From an uncultured Gammaproteobacteria bacterium (GTDB taxonomy: Bacteria; Patescibacteriota; Microgenomatia; 2-02-FULL-39-11): a stretch of DNA of 56,696 nt. Where the stretch lies: assembly GCA_964354025.1 (NCBI GenBank), contig CAYGXQ010000006.1, forward strand, positions 1 to 56,696, given 5' to 3'. The notes beneath the pieces are model-generated. The model was not told where the DNA came from. It made no database searches and saw nothing but the letters and a program-made list of their open reading frames with translations. The stretch's first letter is position 1; each line of letters starts with the position of its first letter. Both the position numbers and the translations under genes were made by a program. Positions 17,364 to 26,533 of this stretch are shown here, one piece after another.

Positions 17364-18644
17364 ATGTTACTCAAATCATGGCGCTTTATTAAACGTAAAT
17401 TCGAACGTTTGGGACCTGGTTTCATCACCGGCGCGGCTGACGACGACCCTTCCGGTATCGCCACTTATTCCATTACCGGAGCCCAGTTTGGATATAAACT
17501 GACGTGGTTATCTATTTTTCTCTTGCCAATGATGTATGTAATCCAGGAGATGTGCGGACGGATTGGGATGGTTTCCGGGATGGGTTTAGCCGGCGCAATA
17601 AGAAAATATTATTCCAAAAAGTTACTTTATACGGCAGTCATATTGCTGGTGATTGCCAATACGATAAATATCGGTGCTGATCTGGGAATTATGGCTGCCT
17701 CTCTCCAAATGCTATTCGGACTGCCTGTCTTTTTCTGGCTGGTTCTTATCACCTGTCTAATTGTCGGTTTGGAGGTATTCGTTTCTTACGATAAGTATTC
17801 ACGATATCTGAAATGGATGGCTCTTTCTGTTTTGGTTTACGGATTAACGGCAATAATTGTCAAGCAACCGGTATTGACCATTATCCGTTTCATGTTCATA
17901 CCTCACATAGAATTTGACCTTGCCTATATCATGACGATTGTTGCCTGCCTTGGAACATCAATTTCCCCATATTTATTTTTCTGGCAAACTTCAGAACAGG
18001 TTGAAGAGCAGATAAAGGAAGGAAAAATCAGTGACTTTGAAGAATCGCCCATAGTCATAGAAAATGAAATCAAACACATGCGAAAAGATACTTTTATCGG
18101 CATGGGATTTTCCAATCTGATTTTTCTATTTATCGTCCTCACGACGGCCGCTACCCTTCATCAAAACGGAATTTTTGACATCGAAACTCCCCAAGAGGCC
18201 GCCCTTGCCCTTCAACCGCTGGCCGGTAACTTTGCCTATCTGTTATTTACAATCGGGATAATCGGTATCGGTTTTGAATCCGTCCCGATTCTGGCCGGAG
18301 CAGTAGCTTATGCGGTTGCCGACACTTTTGGTTTTAAAGAGGGCTTAGCGAAAAAATTTACCGAAGCAAAAGCTTTTTATCTCACCATTGGTTTAGCTAC
18401 CTTTATCGGAGTGCTTATGAATCTTATCGGAATTAATGTCATCAAAGCTCTTTATTATGCGGCAATCGTAAATTGTATAGTCGCTGTGCCGTTGATTGCC
18501 ATCATTATCAAGCTGGCCAGTGACGAAAGGATCGTCGGAAAACACAAAAGCAGTCCTTGGGGGAGAAATATTGCCTGGTTGACTTTTAGCTTTATGGGGT
18601 TGGCTTCACTGGCAATGATTTATAATCTTATCAGAAGCGGCTAA
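17364..18644 (+). CDS. NRAMP-family divalent metal transporter
   Basis: GPGFITGAADDDPSG, GTSISPY; about 11 TM. Confidence 0.9.
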   Translation: MLLKSWRFIKRKFERLGPGFITGAADDDPSGIATYSITGAQFGYKLTWLSIFLLPMMYVIQEMCGRIGMVSGMGLAGAIRKYYSKKLLYTAVILLVIANTINIGADLGIMAASLQMLFGLPVFFWLVLITCLIVGLEVFVSYDKYSRYLKWMALSVLVYGLTAIIVKQPVLTIIRFMFIPHIEFDLAYIMTIVACLGTSISPYLFFWQTSEQVEEQIKEGKISDFEESPIVIENEIKHMRKDTFIGMGFSNLIFLFIVLTTAATLHQNGIFDIETPQEAALALQPLAGNFAYLLFTIGIIGIGFESVPILAGAVAYAVADTFGFKEGLAKKFTEAKAFYLTIGLATFIGVLMNLIGINVIKALYYAAIVNCIVAVPLIAIIIKLASDERIVGKHKSSPWGRNIAWLTFSFMGLASLAMIYNLIRSG

Positions 18645-19969
18645 ATACTATTTACCAATAAATTACTAATCCACGGTTGAATTCTTGTAATGTCTGCCAA
18701 TACTTCCCGCTTTGTTTCAATCCTGCCGGTTTCTTCATCTTCGCTTCCGGTTTCTTTTTTAAATCTTTTCATAAAAATAAATTCATCTTCCTTCAGTTTT
18801 TCCAGATAATAATCGCGGCGAAGCAGTATCGGTTTGTCTTTTTGGATTTGATAGACACCATAACCTTCAAGTTTCGAAACAAACGGTTTATCTGAAGTTT
18901 GCCGGAGAGTAATTTGTGAACCGATTATCCGGTCGCTTAAATCTGCATTTACAGGAATAGTCTTTTCTAAAAATGAAGCCAAATGATAAATCAAAAGCGG
19001 TATTCTTCCCAACCCGCTTTCCAATCGGGCATAAAAGGATGATGAAGCCGTCAATCGGGCGTTATTTTCAGATAAATAAATTTTTCCGGACACTTTTTCT
19101 ACCAAAAAATCCAAACCGAAGAAGCCTCTGAAACCCGCCTTATCCATCCACCGGCCAACCTCTTGGGAGATCCATTGGATCTGGGCAACCTGTTTTTGAT
19201 CTAAAAACTTAACCGGCCACTGCCGGCCGCACGTCACGCCTGGCTTTGAATAGAGTTGGGAGATATTGCTTATCTGTATTGCCGGCGGGCTGACAAAAAT
19301 CCGATGGTCATAAAGACAACAGTTATTCAAAACCGTAAAACAATCCGGAATGTGTTTGCCTATTTTGACCAAAGTTTGCGGAAATTTTCCGGCCACAGCC
19401 AAAAAATCCTTGTTGTTATCGATAAAATAAGTCGTCTTGCCGGCCCAACCATGGCCGAATTGGATTACTATCTTTTTCCCTAATTGCTTGGACAGTTCCT
19501 CATAATTCCTTTCTCCCAGTATTCCGAAAACGGTCGGTAAGGCATATTCCGGCATCAGTTGCATGATCGATTTATAGAAAGTGACTTTATTTTCAAACTG
19601 TTCATTTAAAGAAGCACTGTTGCCCATAACACTCCAACCGTATTTTTGTAAAATCGAATCTATTTTGACTGAAGGCTTGAAAAAAGCGATATTCGGCTTG
19701 CCGGAAGAATTTTTACGGATATAGTCCAAAACAGCCGGGTTCTCAAGCAGTTTCCCGGTATTATTTGTTTCAGTTGATTCCCGAGGGTTAATTTCTTCAA
19801 GACAAAAGATTCTTGCTCCCTGTCGGCGAAGAATTGGAATCAACGGATCGGAGTAAGAACATAAAATGTGGTAGTGAGGCAAGATATCCTCCGGTCCCAT
19901 ACCTCTTTTTACGTCGGGAGAAACAAAGAAAATGCTTTCCGGAAATATATCGGCGAAATTATTATTCAT
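18641..19969 (-). CDS. ATP-grasp fold ligase of unknown substrate
   Basis: FENK, QFGHGWAGKTT, GFFGLDFL, ENNAR. Confidence 0.8.
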   Translation of the reverse strand: MNNNFADIFPESIFFVSPDVKRGMGPEDILPHYHILCSYSDPLIPILRRQGARIFCLEEINPRESTETNNTGKLLENPAVLDYIRKNSSGKPNIAFFKPSVKIDSILQKYGWSVMGNSASLNEQFENKVTFYKSIMQLMPEYALPTVFGILGERNYEELSKQLGKKIVIQFGHGWAGKTTYFIDNNKDFLAVAGKFPQTLVKIGKHIPDCFTVLNNCCLYDHRIFVSPPAIQISNISQLYSKPGVTCGRQWPVKFLDQKQVAQIQWISQEVGRWMDKAGFRGFFGLDFLVEKVSGKIYLSENNARLTASSSFYARLESGLGRIPLLIYHLASFLEKTIPVNADLSDRIIGSQITLRQTSDKPFVSKLEGYGVYQIQKDKPILLRRDYYLEKLKEDEFIFMKRFKKETGSEDEETGRIETKREVLADITRIQPWISNLLVNSI

Positions 19970-20813
19970 AATTTTTTCCGGTTAAAATGCAAACCGGATG
20001 GTGATATTTCATCCCCTGCTTTTCTGCTTTCCAAAGGGCGGCTAAAGCGGCGGCTCCCTCGTATGAACAGTGCAAATCATTTTGCAGCAGCCATTTTTGT
20101 GCAACTATCATTTCCTGGTCAGAAATGACCCACCCAAATCCTTTACTTTTTTTGACATATTCAATGATTTCCGCATAAAGGGGAGAATATTTGGCCACAA
20201 TTGCGTCAGCCAGGCTGTTTTTTGTTTCAGAATATTTTTTATCAAAAAGAGAACTCAAAGGATGAACTGCTTCCGTCTGCACAACATGGATGGCCGGCAA
20301 TTTCTTTCCGGCTTTTTGATAACCTCGGACCATTCCGCAGACTGTCGCACCGCTACTGACTGGAAGGAAAATTGCATCAATGTTTATCCCTGTTTCGATC
20401 AGCTCACAAGGTAATGTCATATAGCCAATTAGGGCATTTTCATCCTTTGATTGCCTGAGATTAAAAGCCTGATTAGTTTTGGCAAATTGAAAAGCACTGC
20501 TGATGGGTTTTAGAGTTGAAATAATTTGACAGGAAAGCTTTTTCAACTGATTTAATTTTTGAGATTTGATTTTCGGGGAAACAAAAACTGTTAACTTGAT
20601 ACCGGCCAAACGGCAGTAATGGGAAGCGGAAATGGCCGCATTACCGGAAGAGGAAATCACCGCTTTTTTTATCCCTTTTTCCTCAAGTTTGGATACCTGA
20701 TAGGCCATAGCCCGGTCTTTGTGGGAACCGGTTGGATTTTCATATTCGCACTTAAAGTATATTCCCTCTACTTGTTTCAATTGTGTCTGTCCAATTATTT
20801 CTTGTCTAATCAT
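19962..20813 (-). CDS. PLP-dependent fold-type II enzyme (threonine synthase/dehydratase-like)
   Basis: KCEYENPTGSHKDR, SSSGNAA, LPVSSG, ILTG. Confidence 0.87.
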   Translation of the reverse strand: MIRQEIIGQTQLKQVEGIYFKCEYENPTGSHKDRAMAYQVSKLEEKGIKKAVISSSGNAAISASHYCRLAGIKLTVFVSPKIKSQKLNQLKKLSCQIISTLKPISSAFQFAKTNQAFNLRQSKDENALIGYMTLPCELIETGINIDAIFLPVSSGATVCGMVRGYQKAGKKLPAIHVVQTEAVHPLSSLFDKKYSETKNSLADAIVAKYSPLYAEIIEYVKKSKGFGWVISDQEMIVAQKWLLQNDLHCSYEGAAALAALWKAEKQGMKYHHPVCILTGKNYE

Positions 20814-20839
20814 AAAAAATATGCTTTAATTATACCAGT

Positions 20840-21019
20840 ATGACTGATAAACAAAAATCAACAACTGATAAAGCTGTCTGTCCGGAATGCGATTCCCTAT
20901 TTGCGGCAAAGGCCGTGCTGAACGTTGGTGAAATTATGGAATGTTCATCATGCGGTACGGAATCAGAGGTCATTTCCCTCTCCCCTCTTACCCTTGCTCC
21001 TTTGGAGGAAGAGAAGTGA
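20840..21019 (+). CDS. LysW-like zinc-ribbon carrier protein (59 aa) with non-canonical EEEK C-terminus; not in ORF track
   Basis: MTDKQKSTTDKAVCPECDSLFAAKAVLNVGEIMECSSCGTESEVISLSPLTLAPLEEEK; CPEC/GE/CxxCG/EV/P-L-L pattern of LysW. Confidence 0.8.
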   Translation: MTDKQKSTTDKAVCPECDSLFAAKAVLNVGEIMECSSCGTESEVISLSPLTLAPLEEEK

Positions 21020-22391
21020 TTATTTTTCTTAATGATTTTTTTCCTTTGATAAAATCCGTGTAGAAAAATCCGGCCGCGGGAGAAAGTAAGATATTATCTC
21101 CTTCTTCTGCTTTTTGATAAGCAAACTCTATTGCCTGTCTAAAATCCTTAAGAATAGTTAATTGTTTTTCCGGTAACTGTTTTTGAAATAATTTACATAA
21201 CTGGCTTTCCAAAAGAATTACTTCTTTAGTTATATCAAATATTTTCGTAATGAAATCCCGGTAATTAATCCCTTTGGTCTTTCCTCCTAAAATTAAAATA
21301 GTATTTTTCCCTAATTTTCTCAGTGCTTCTTCTGTTGCCCAGGGAGTCGTGCTTTTCAAATCATCATAAAATCCGACACCGGATTTTTCTCCAAGAAATT
21401 CCAATCGGGCCGGTAAAGTCAAAACTTTTGGAATATTGTTTATTACAGTTAGTAAGTCAATTCCAAGAATATTTAAAACGGTGGATGAAGCCAATATATT
21501 TGACATATATTGATCACTTTTTATATTCATAAGTCTGGAAAAATATTCTTGAATACTTTTTATATTCATAATTTTATTTGCAGCGCTGAAATAATTGACT
21601 TTTGATTTTAACCTAGCCCCAATTTCCCGTAACTGAGGAATATCCCAATTCAACACCGAATAGTCTTCTTCTTTTTGTTTTTCAAATAGGGATATTTTTA
21701 ATTTTATATACTCTTCCCAAGTGACTTCGTCCAAATGGTTTGGGTAAAGGTTAGTGATTACGCCGATATGAGGACTGCGGGAAATTCCGTCTTGGAGTTG
21801 ACGGTGCGAGACTTCCAGTATCAGAATATCTTTATTTGTCATCCGGTCGAATTGATCTAAAACCTGAACCTTCCAAGTCTCGTTCCCGGCAAAATAGACA
21901 TTTTGTCGTTGAAGTTTAAGTATCTGATAAATAATATTGGCTACACTTCCCTTTCCGACCGTACCGGTAACGGCAATAATTTTTGCCGGGGTTAAATCAA
22001 GATACAGTCTGGTTAAAGAATAAAAAGGGATGTTTTTATTTTTAACTGCCCATAAAGGAGCGTTATAACTTTTATAAAGCCTCCATGATTGGGGTACAAA
22101 AATAATTTCAGCAGACTGGATACCATAAAGATATTTGTCTTTTGAATAAAAAACCGTTTCAGAAAGGTCTTTTTCAAATTGTCGAAAATATTCATCCCTT
22201 TCGTCAACCGTTAGACCTTTGTGCCAAAGCTTATAACTTTTTTCCAGTGAATTTTCCAGCAATAGGTCATGGACGGTAATATTTTGGATTCCGTTTTTCA
22301 CCAGAAACCTGAGAATATTGCTTCCTTCGGCTCCGGTTACTCCGACGACATGAATTTTTTTATTTTTAATTTCTTCTAAAAATTTATCCAT
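20988..22391 (-). CDS. MurD-like amino-acid ligase (divergent)
   Basis: TGTVGKGS, LEVS, NLYPNHLD, RLE, DDLKST, GGK, LLSPAA. Confidence 0.82.
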   Translation of the reverse strand: MDKFLEEIKNKKIHVVGVTGAEGSNILRFLVKNGIQNITVHDLLLENSLEKSYKLWHKGLTVDERDEYFRQFEKDLSETVFYSKDKYLYGIQSAEIIFVPQSWRLYKSYNAPLWAVKNKNIPFYSLTRLYLDLTPAKIIAVTGTVGKGSVANIIYQILKLQRQNVYFAGNETWKVQVLDQFDRMTNKDILILEVSHRQLQDGISRSPHIGVITNLYPNHLDEVTWEEYIKLKISLFEKQKEEDYSVLNWDIPQLREIGARLKSKVNYFSAANKIMNIKSIQEYFSRLMNIKSDQYMSNILASSTVLNILGIDLLTVINNIPKVLTLPARLEFLGEKSGVGFYDDLKSTTPWATEEALRKLGKNTILILGGKTKGINYRDFITKIFDITKEVILLESQLCKLFQKQLPEKQLTILKDFRQAIEFAYQKAEEGDNILLSPAAGFFYTDFIKGKKSLRKIITSLPPKEQG

Positions 22392-22392
22392 A

Positions 22393-23091
22393 TCAGGAAA
22401 ATATTTTTAACCGATAGATGCCGTCACCTTTATGGGGATAATAATATCTTTGACCGAAATTTTCTTCTCTTTTTGTTTTCTCCAACCAATTTTGTTTCTC
22501 TAAAGGCAAATCTTCCTTTAAAGTTATAAAACCCAAATGGACGCCTTGCGTTGACGTTATGTGTGACGAATGGATGTAGGTAACCGAGTTGTTTTCTGAT
22601 TTTATTATTACCACCACATGTTTGCCTCCCATCATCCTGATCAGGTCGCCTGTTTGTACCTCTTTCAAATCATTTATTTCTATACAGTAGTTGATGTCTG
22701 TAATTTTTTTAACATTCACGCGGCTAATGCCTTCTGGAAAAACTTGGGTCAGGTTATCAACCGAACAGTTTTTATATCTCAACCTGACTAGTTCTTCCAA
22801 AACTCTGAAAGCCAACCCGGAACAGTCAATACCTATTCTCTCTTTCTTGGCAAATTTTTGGATATATAAAGGTGTAAACAGATCTATGTTTAAATTATCC
22901 GGCAGCAATCTTTTTTGAAGTTCGGATTTAATCTCTTCTGCTTTTCCTTTCCCGTTTTGGAAACCGCGGATGACCACTAAACCGTTTTTAATTTTGTTTG
23001 ACCAGTAAGGACAAGGTACGCTGATTTCTCCCAAATTAATCTTGAGATATTGCTTAATAAATCGGTATAAGCCTTCAGTTGATTTATCCAT
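22393..23091 (-). CDS. NlpC/P60-like cysteine hydrolase
   Basis: GIDCSG, GDLI, HVV, YIHSS. Confidence 0.7.
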   Translation of the reverse strand: MDKSTEGLYRFIKQYLKINLGEISVPCPYWSNKIKNGLVVIRGFQNGKGKAEEIKSELQKRLLPDNLNIDLFTPLYIQKFAKKERIGIDCSGLAFRVLEELVRLRYKNCSVDNLTQVFPEGISRVNVKKITDINYCIEINDLKEVQTGDLIRMMGGKHVVVIIKSENNSVTYIHSSHITSTQGVHLGFITLKEDLPLEKQNWLEKTKREENFGQRYYYPHKGDGIYRLKIFS

Positions 23092-23093
23092 AT

Positions 23094-23729
23094 TTACCAA
23101 AAACTTAAGGAAAGACAGGCAACCGCTGAGCCAAGAAGCAAACCGCCAATTACGTCCGACAACCAATGTTCACCGAGATAAACACGGCTGACGAACATCA
23201 CTAAGGTAAAAATAATAAAACCGGCTGCCAATATTTTCCTGTAACGGAAGTTTTTACTTCTGAGAAACAAAAAAAAAGTGACTATAACCAGGAAAATACT
23301 TCTGGCCATGTGCCCGGAAGGAAAAGCAAACCTGGTGTTTACGACAAATTGGCTCGGAAAATAGATGTTTAAGGCATAACGGTGAAACATTGCCGGCGGA
23401 CTGGGATGAAAAATCACCAGTTTGCCCAGCAGTTCTATGAGGTATATTGAAAAAAAAAGAAAGATACCCAAAAATAGTTTCTTTTTTTTAATTACCAATC
23501 CGATAAAAACCAACATCAGAACAAGCAATGATATTTCTGTCGAACCGAGAACGGTAAATACGGAAAAGGGGACATCAAAAAACCTGCTGATATGCTGCTG
23601 CAGACCAAGCATTGACTGGTAATCAATATCCCTGAAAGTATCGGCATTAACCAAAACGCTTAAACAGAAAAAAACAATTCCCAAGGCTATTGATCCGACT
23701 ATCAAACTTTTACGCAATTTATCCGTCAT
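23094..23729 (-). CDS. PAP2 family phosphatase (undecaprenyl-PP phosphatase-like)
   Basis: FPSGH, SRVYLGEHWLSDV. Confidence 0.9.
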   Translation of the reverse strand: MTDKLRKSLIVGSIALGIVFFCLSVLVNADTFRDIDYQSMLGLQQHISRFFDVPFSVFTVLGSTEISLLVLMLVFIGLVIKKKKLFLGIFLFFSIYLIELLGKLVIFHPSPPAMFHRYALNIYFPSQFVVNTRFAFPSGHMARSIFLVIVTFFLFLRSKNFRYRKILAAGFIIFTLVMFVSRVYLGEHWLSDVIGGLLLGSAVACLSLSFW

Positions 23730-24952
23730 TTTTTATCTTTCTGAGAGAATTGTACAATATTTTGATATATTTTTATAATCTTTTTTGCCTGTTTGTCCCA
23801 GCAAAAACTTTGACTGTATTTTAAGGCATTTTGCCCTAATACTTTCCTCTGTTTGTAGTCATTCAAAAGTTCCCAGAGAACATTCTTCAGCTGTTCGACA
23901 TTACCGCTTTCAAACAATCGGCCGTTGATTTTATCCTTCACGAGGTATTGCAGGCCGCCGGCACGTGAAGCAATAATAGCACTTCCGCATGCCATCGCTT
24001 CCAAAACCACTAAACCGAATGACTCGTATTTCGAAGGCATCGCTACCACATCACTGGCGGAATAATAACAAGGAAGTAAATTATGAGGCTGACTGCCGAT
24101 GAACTTAACGCAACAGCTCAAATTTTTGTCCTCAATCAATTTTTTTATCTTTCTTACTTCGCTGTTTCGCCAAAACTGCCGACTGTTTACATCTCCGCCG
24201 ATTAAAAGCATGCGAAAATTATTCTTAAAAGATAGATATTGATTTGCTAGTTTATACACAGCTTCTATTAAGAAACTGATACCTTTGATCGGATCAATCC
24301 TGCCTACAAAAAGAATGATTTTTTTTGTTTGCGGTAAATGTAATTTTGCCCGGGAATTGCTTTGCCTGTGTTTTCGAAAGATATGATGGTTTACCCCCGG
24401 GGAAACAATATTTATTTTTTCTTTTGGTAAAGCATAACCGTCAATCAGGTCCTGCTTCTCAATTTCGGTGGAAGCAATCACTAAATCGACCATATTAATT
24501 AAATCTTTTTCTGCCTTGATCCTTCTAATGTCCCTGATACCGCCGAATTTATCTTTCGTATAACCAAGCGAGTGAAAGGAAATTACTAACGGCAAGTTAA
24601 GCTTTGCTTTAAGGTATTTTCCGATTAACCCTGAGTAAAAGTAATGTCCGTGGAGAATATCGTATGTAAGATGATTGTTATTGATGTAATCAATAACTTT
24701 TTGGGCAAAGAGAGAGACATCTTTATATAAATCTTTTTTTACTCTGGGAAGATGGATTATCTTTACTTTTGGATTGACATTGATAACCCTGTCGTCATTT
24801 TCCTGGTGGGAAGAAGTAAAAATATCAACCTGATGTCCCATTTTTCCCAACTGGTCAGCCAGGTTAAGCACATAAACATTCAATCCTCCGGAGCGTAAAA
24901 CCCCCAAACGGGTTAAAGGACAAGACCAATAGGAAATCATTGCAATCTTCAT
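23726..24952 (-). CDS. GT4 glycosyltransferase, MshA-like
   Basis: GGLNVY, HGHYFYSG, VGRIDPIKG, ESFGLVVLEAMACG. Confidence 0.9.
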   Translation of the reverse strand: MKIAMISYWSCPLTRLGVLRSGGLNVYVLNLADQLGKMGHQVDIFTSSHQENDDRVINVNPKVKIIHLPRVKKDLYKDVSLFAQKVIDYINNNHLTYDILHGHYFYSGLIGKYLKAKLNLPLVISFHSLGYTKDKFGGIRDIRRIKAEKDLINMVDLVIASTEIEKQDLIDGYALPKEKINIVSPGVNHHIFRKHRQSNSRAKLHLPQTKKIILFVGRIDPIKGISFLIEAVYKLANQYLSFKNNFRMLLIGGDVNSRQFWRNSEVRKIKKLIEDKNLSCCVKFIGSQPHNLLPCYYSASDVVAMPSKYESFGLVVLEAMACGSAIIASRAGGLQYLVKDKINGRLFESGNVEQLKNVLWELLNDYKQRKVLGQNALKYSQSFCWDKQAKKIIKIYQNIVQFSQKDKK

Positions 24953-24988
24953 CAGGCTTATATTATCATAACTTCGTTTGAGAAAATA

Positions 24989-26533
24989 ATGATCCCGATA
25001 ATAATTACCGTCATCTATTTTTGTCTTTGCCTGGCAACAATAAATGATTATGGCGTCACCTGGGATTTTACCTATGCGATTAACGCCGGACTCTGGCATC
25101 TAGGACTTCCGCAGACAATAAAAAATTTCACCATGTTATCCTGGGGGCCGCTCAGCAGTATCCCTTCAACTGTCACTTATCTTATTTTTTATAAATTCCT
25201 GCATCTTTTTTCCTTCGATGCGGCTTACAATCTTTTCAGTATTATCATAGGAACTGTTGGTATCGCGGTAATATATCTGTTTGCCAAGAAGCTTTTCGGC
25301 AGTTTAGTTGCTTTGTTTTCCGCTTTGACTTTAGCTTTAACCCCCCGTTATTTCGGCCACCTTCATAATAATATGAAAGATATCCCTCAAGCCGTCTTTT
25401 TTACCCTCAGTTTATATTTTTGCTGGCGGTTAATTGAGAAACCTGACCTAAAGAAATTGTTTCTGGCAACCATCTCCTTCGCGGTTGCTTTTAATACCAA
25501 ATTTAACGCTCTTTTCGTACTGCCGATCGGTTTAGCCTGGTGGTTCTTCCGGAGGAAAATACAACACCGGACTTCATTGTCACGTCATTTTTTTCTTCTT
25601 TACCTGATTCTTGCTCCTCTTCTTTCTTACCTGCTTTGGTCTTTATTTTGGTCAAATCCTTGGGAAAGACTGATCGACCTTGTCTCATCTGCTGTCACCA
25701 CTACCACTGCGATGCCGGTTTTATACTACGGTAATCTTTACATGTCTGGCCAAAATATCCCCTGGCATTATCCGTATGGAATGCTTCTGGCAGTCACCCC
25801 GGTGCCGATAATATTTTTTTTCTTAATCGGCCTATATGTCCTTTTAAAAAAGATGCCTGAAAATAGTAATTATCTTTTCCTTTTTCTTTGGCTTGTCATT
25901 CCATTACTGCGGTTTTTAAAACCGGGAATGATCGTCATTGATGACATCCGCCATTTCATGGAAGTCATTTTCCCTTTTTCCATCATCGCTGGAGTAGGCT
26001 TTGGATATTTTTTAGAAAGAATTAATCGGGCATTTCACATCCACCATCTTCCATTATTATTTTCAGGTGTTTATTTCTGTTATTTAATTTTTCAAGTGTT
26101 TTCCGTGCATCCCTATCAAACCAGCTATTTTAGCGAATGGTTGGGGGGAATTAAAGGAGCCCAGGGCAAATTTGATATTGAATTTTGGGCTTCGGCCTAC
26201 AAGAAAGCGATGCCATTTTTAAACCAAAATGCCCGCCCTAACGCAAAAATTATTGTCGCGATGGCTCCTGATATTGCCAAGCTTTATTTAAGAGATGATC
26301 TCGCCGCAACAGTAAATAACGATAATCTGACAAAAACAAATGACATTATTTACCGGCAAAGCGATTATACGGTTATCTTAAACCGGGAGTCCTTTTTTAA
26401 CTGGTATAATATTTATCCGTATTTGAAAAGCAATAAACCGGTTTATTCCTTGACCTCCCGTGAAGTGCCGCTGGTATATATTTTCCAGAACAACAGTAGT
26501 GAGAATAGTGTTATAAATAAGCCGAAAAAATAG
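24989..26533 (+). CDS. GT-C (PMT/ArnT-like) membrane glycosyltransferase
   Basis: YGVTWD, NNMKD, NTKF, PWHY, RHF; many TM segments. Confidence 0.82.
   Translation: MIPIIITVIYFCLCLATINDYGVTWDFTYAINAGLWHLGLPQTIKNFTMLSWGPLSSIPSTVTYLIFYKFLHLFSFDAAYNLFSIIIGTVGIAVIYLFAKKLFGSLVALFSALTLALTPRYFGHLHNNMKDIPQAVFFTLSLYFCWRLIEKPDLKKLFLATISFAVAFNTKFNALFVLPIGLAWWFFRRKIQHRTSLSRHFFLLYLILAPLLSYLLWSLFWSNPWERLIDLVSSAVTTTTAMPVLYYGNLYMSGQNIPWHYPYGMLLAVTPVPIIFFFLIGLYVLLKKMPENSNYLFLFLWLVIPLLRFLKPGMIVIDDIRHFMEVIFPFSIIAGVGFGYFLERINRAFHIHHLPLLFSGVYFCYLIFQVFSVHPYQTSYFSEWLGGIKGAQGKFDIEFWASAYKKAMPFLNQNARPNAKIIVAMAPDIAKLYLRDDLAATVNNDNLTKTNDIIYRQSDYTVILNRESFFNWYNIYPYLKSNKPVYSLTSREVPLVYIFQNNSSENSVINKPKK

Noticed and set aside
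20840-21019. Ribosomal zinc-finger protein or canonical lysine-pathway LysW
   Set aside because: Acidic rather than basic; lacks EDWGE; no lysXYZJK nearby.
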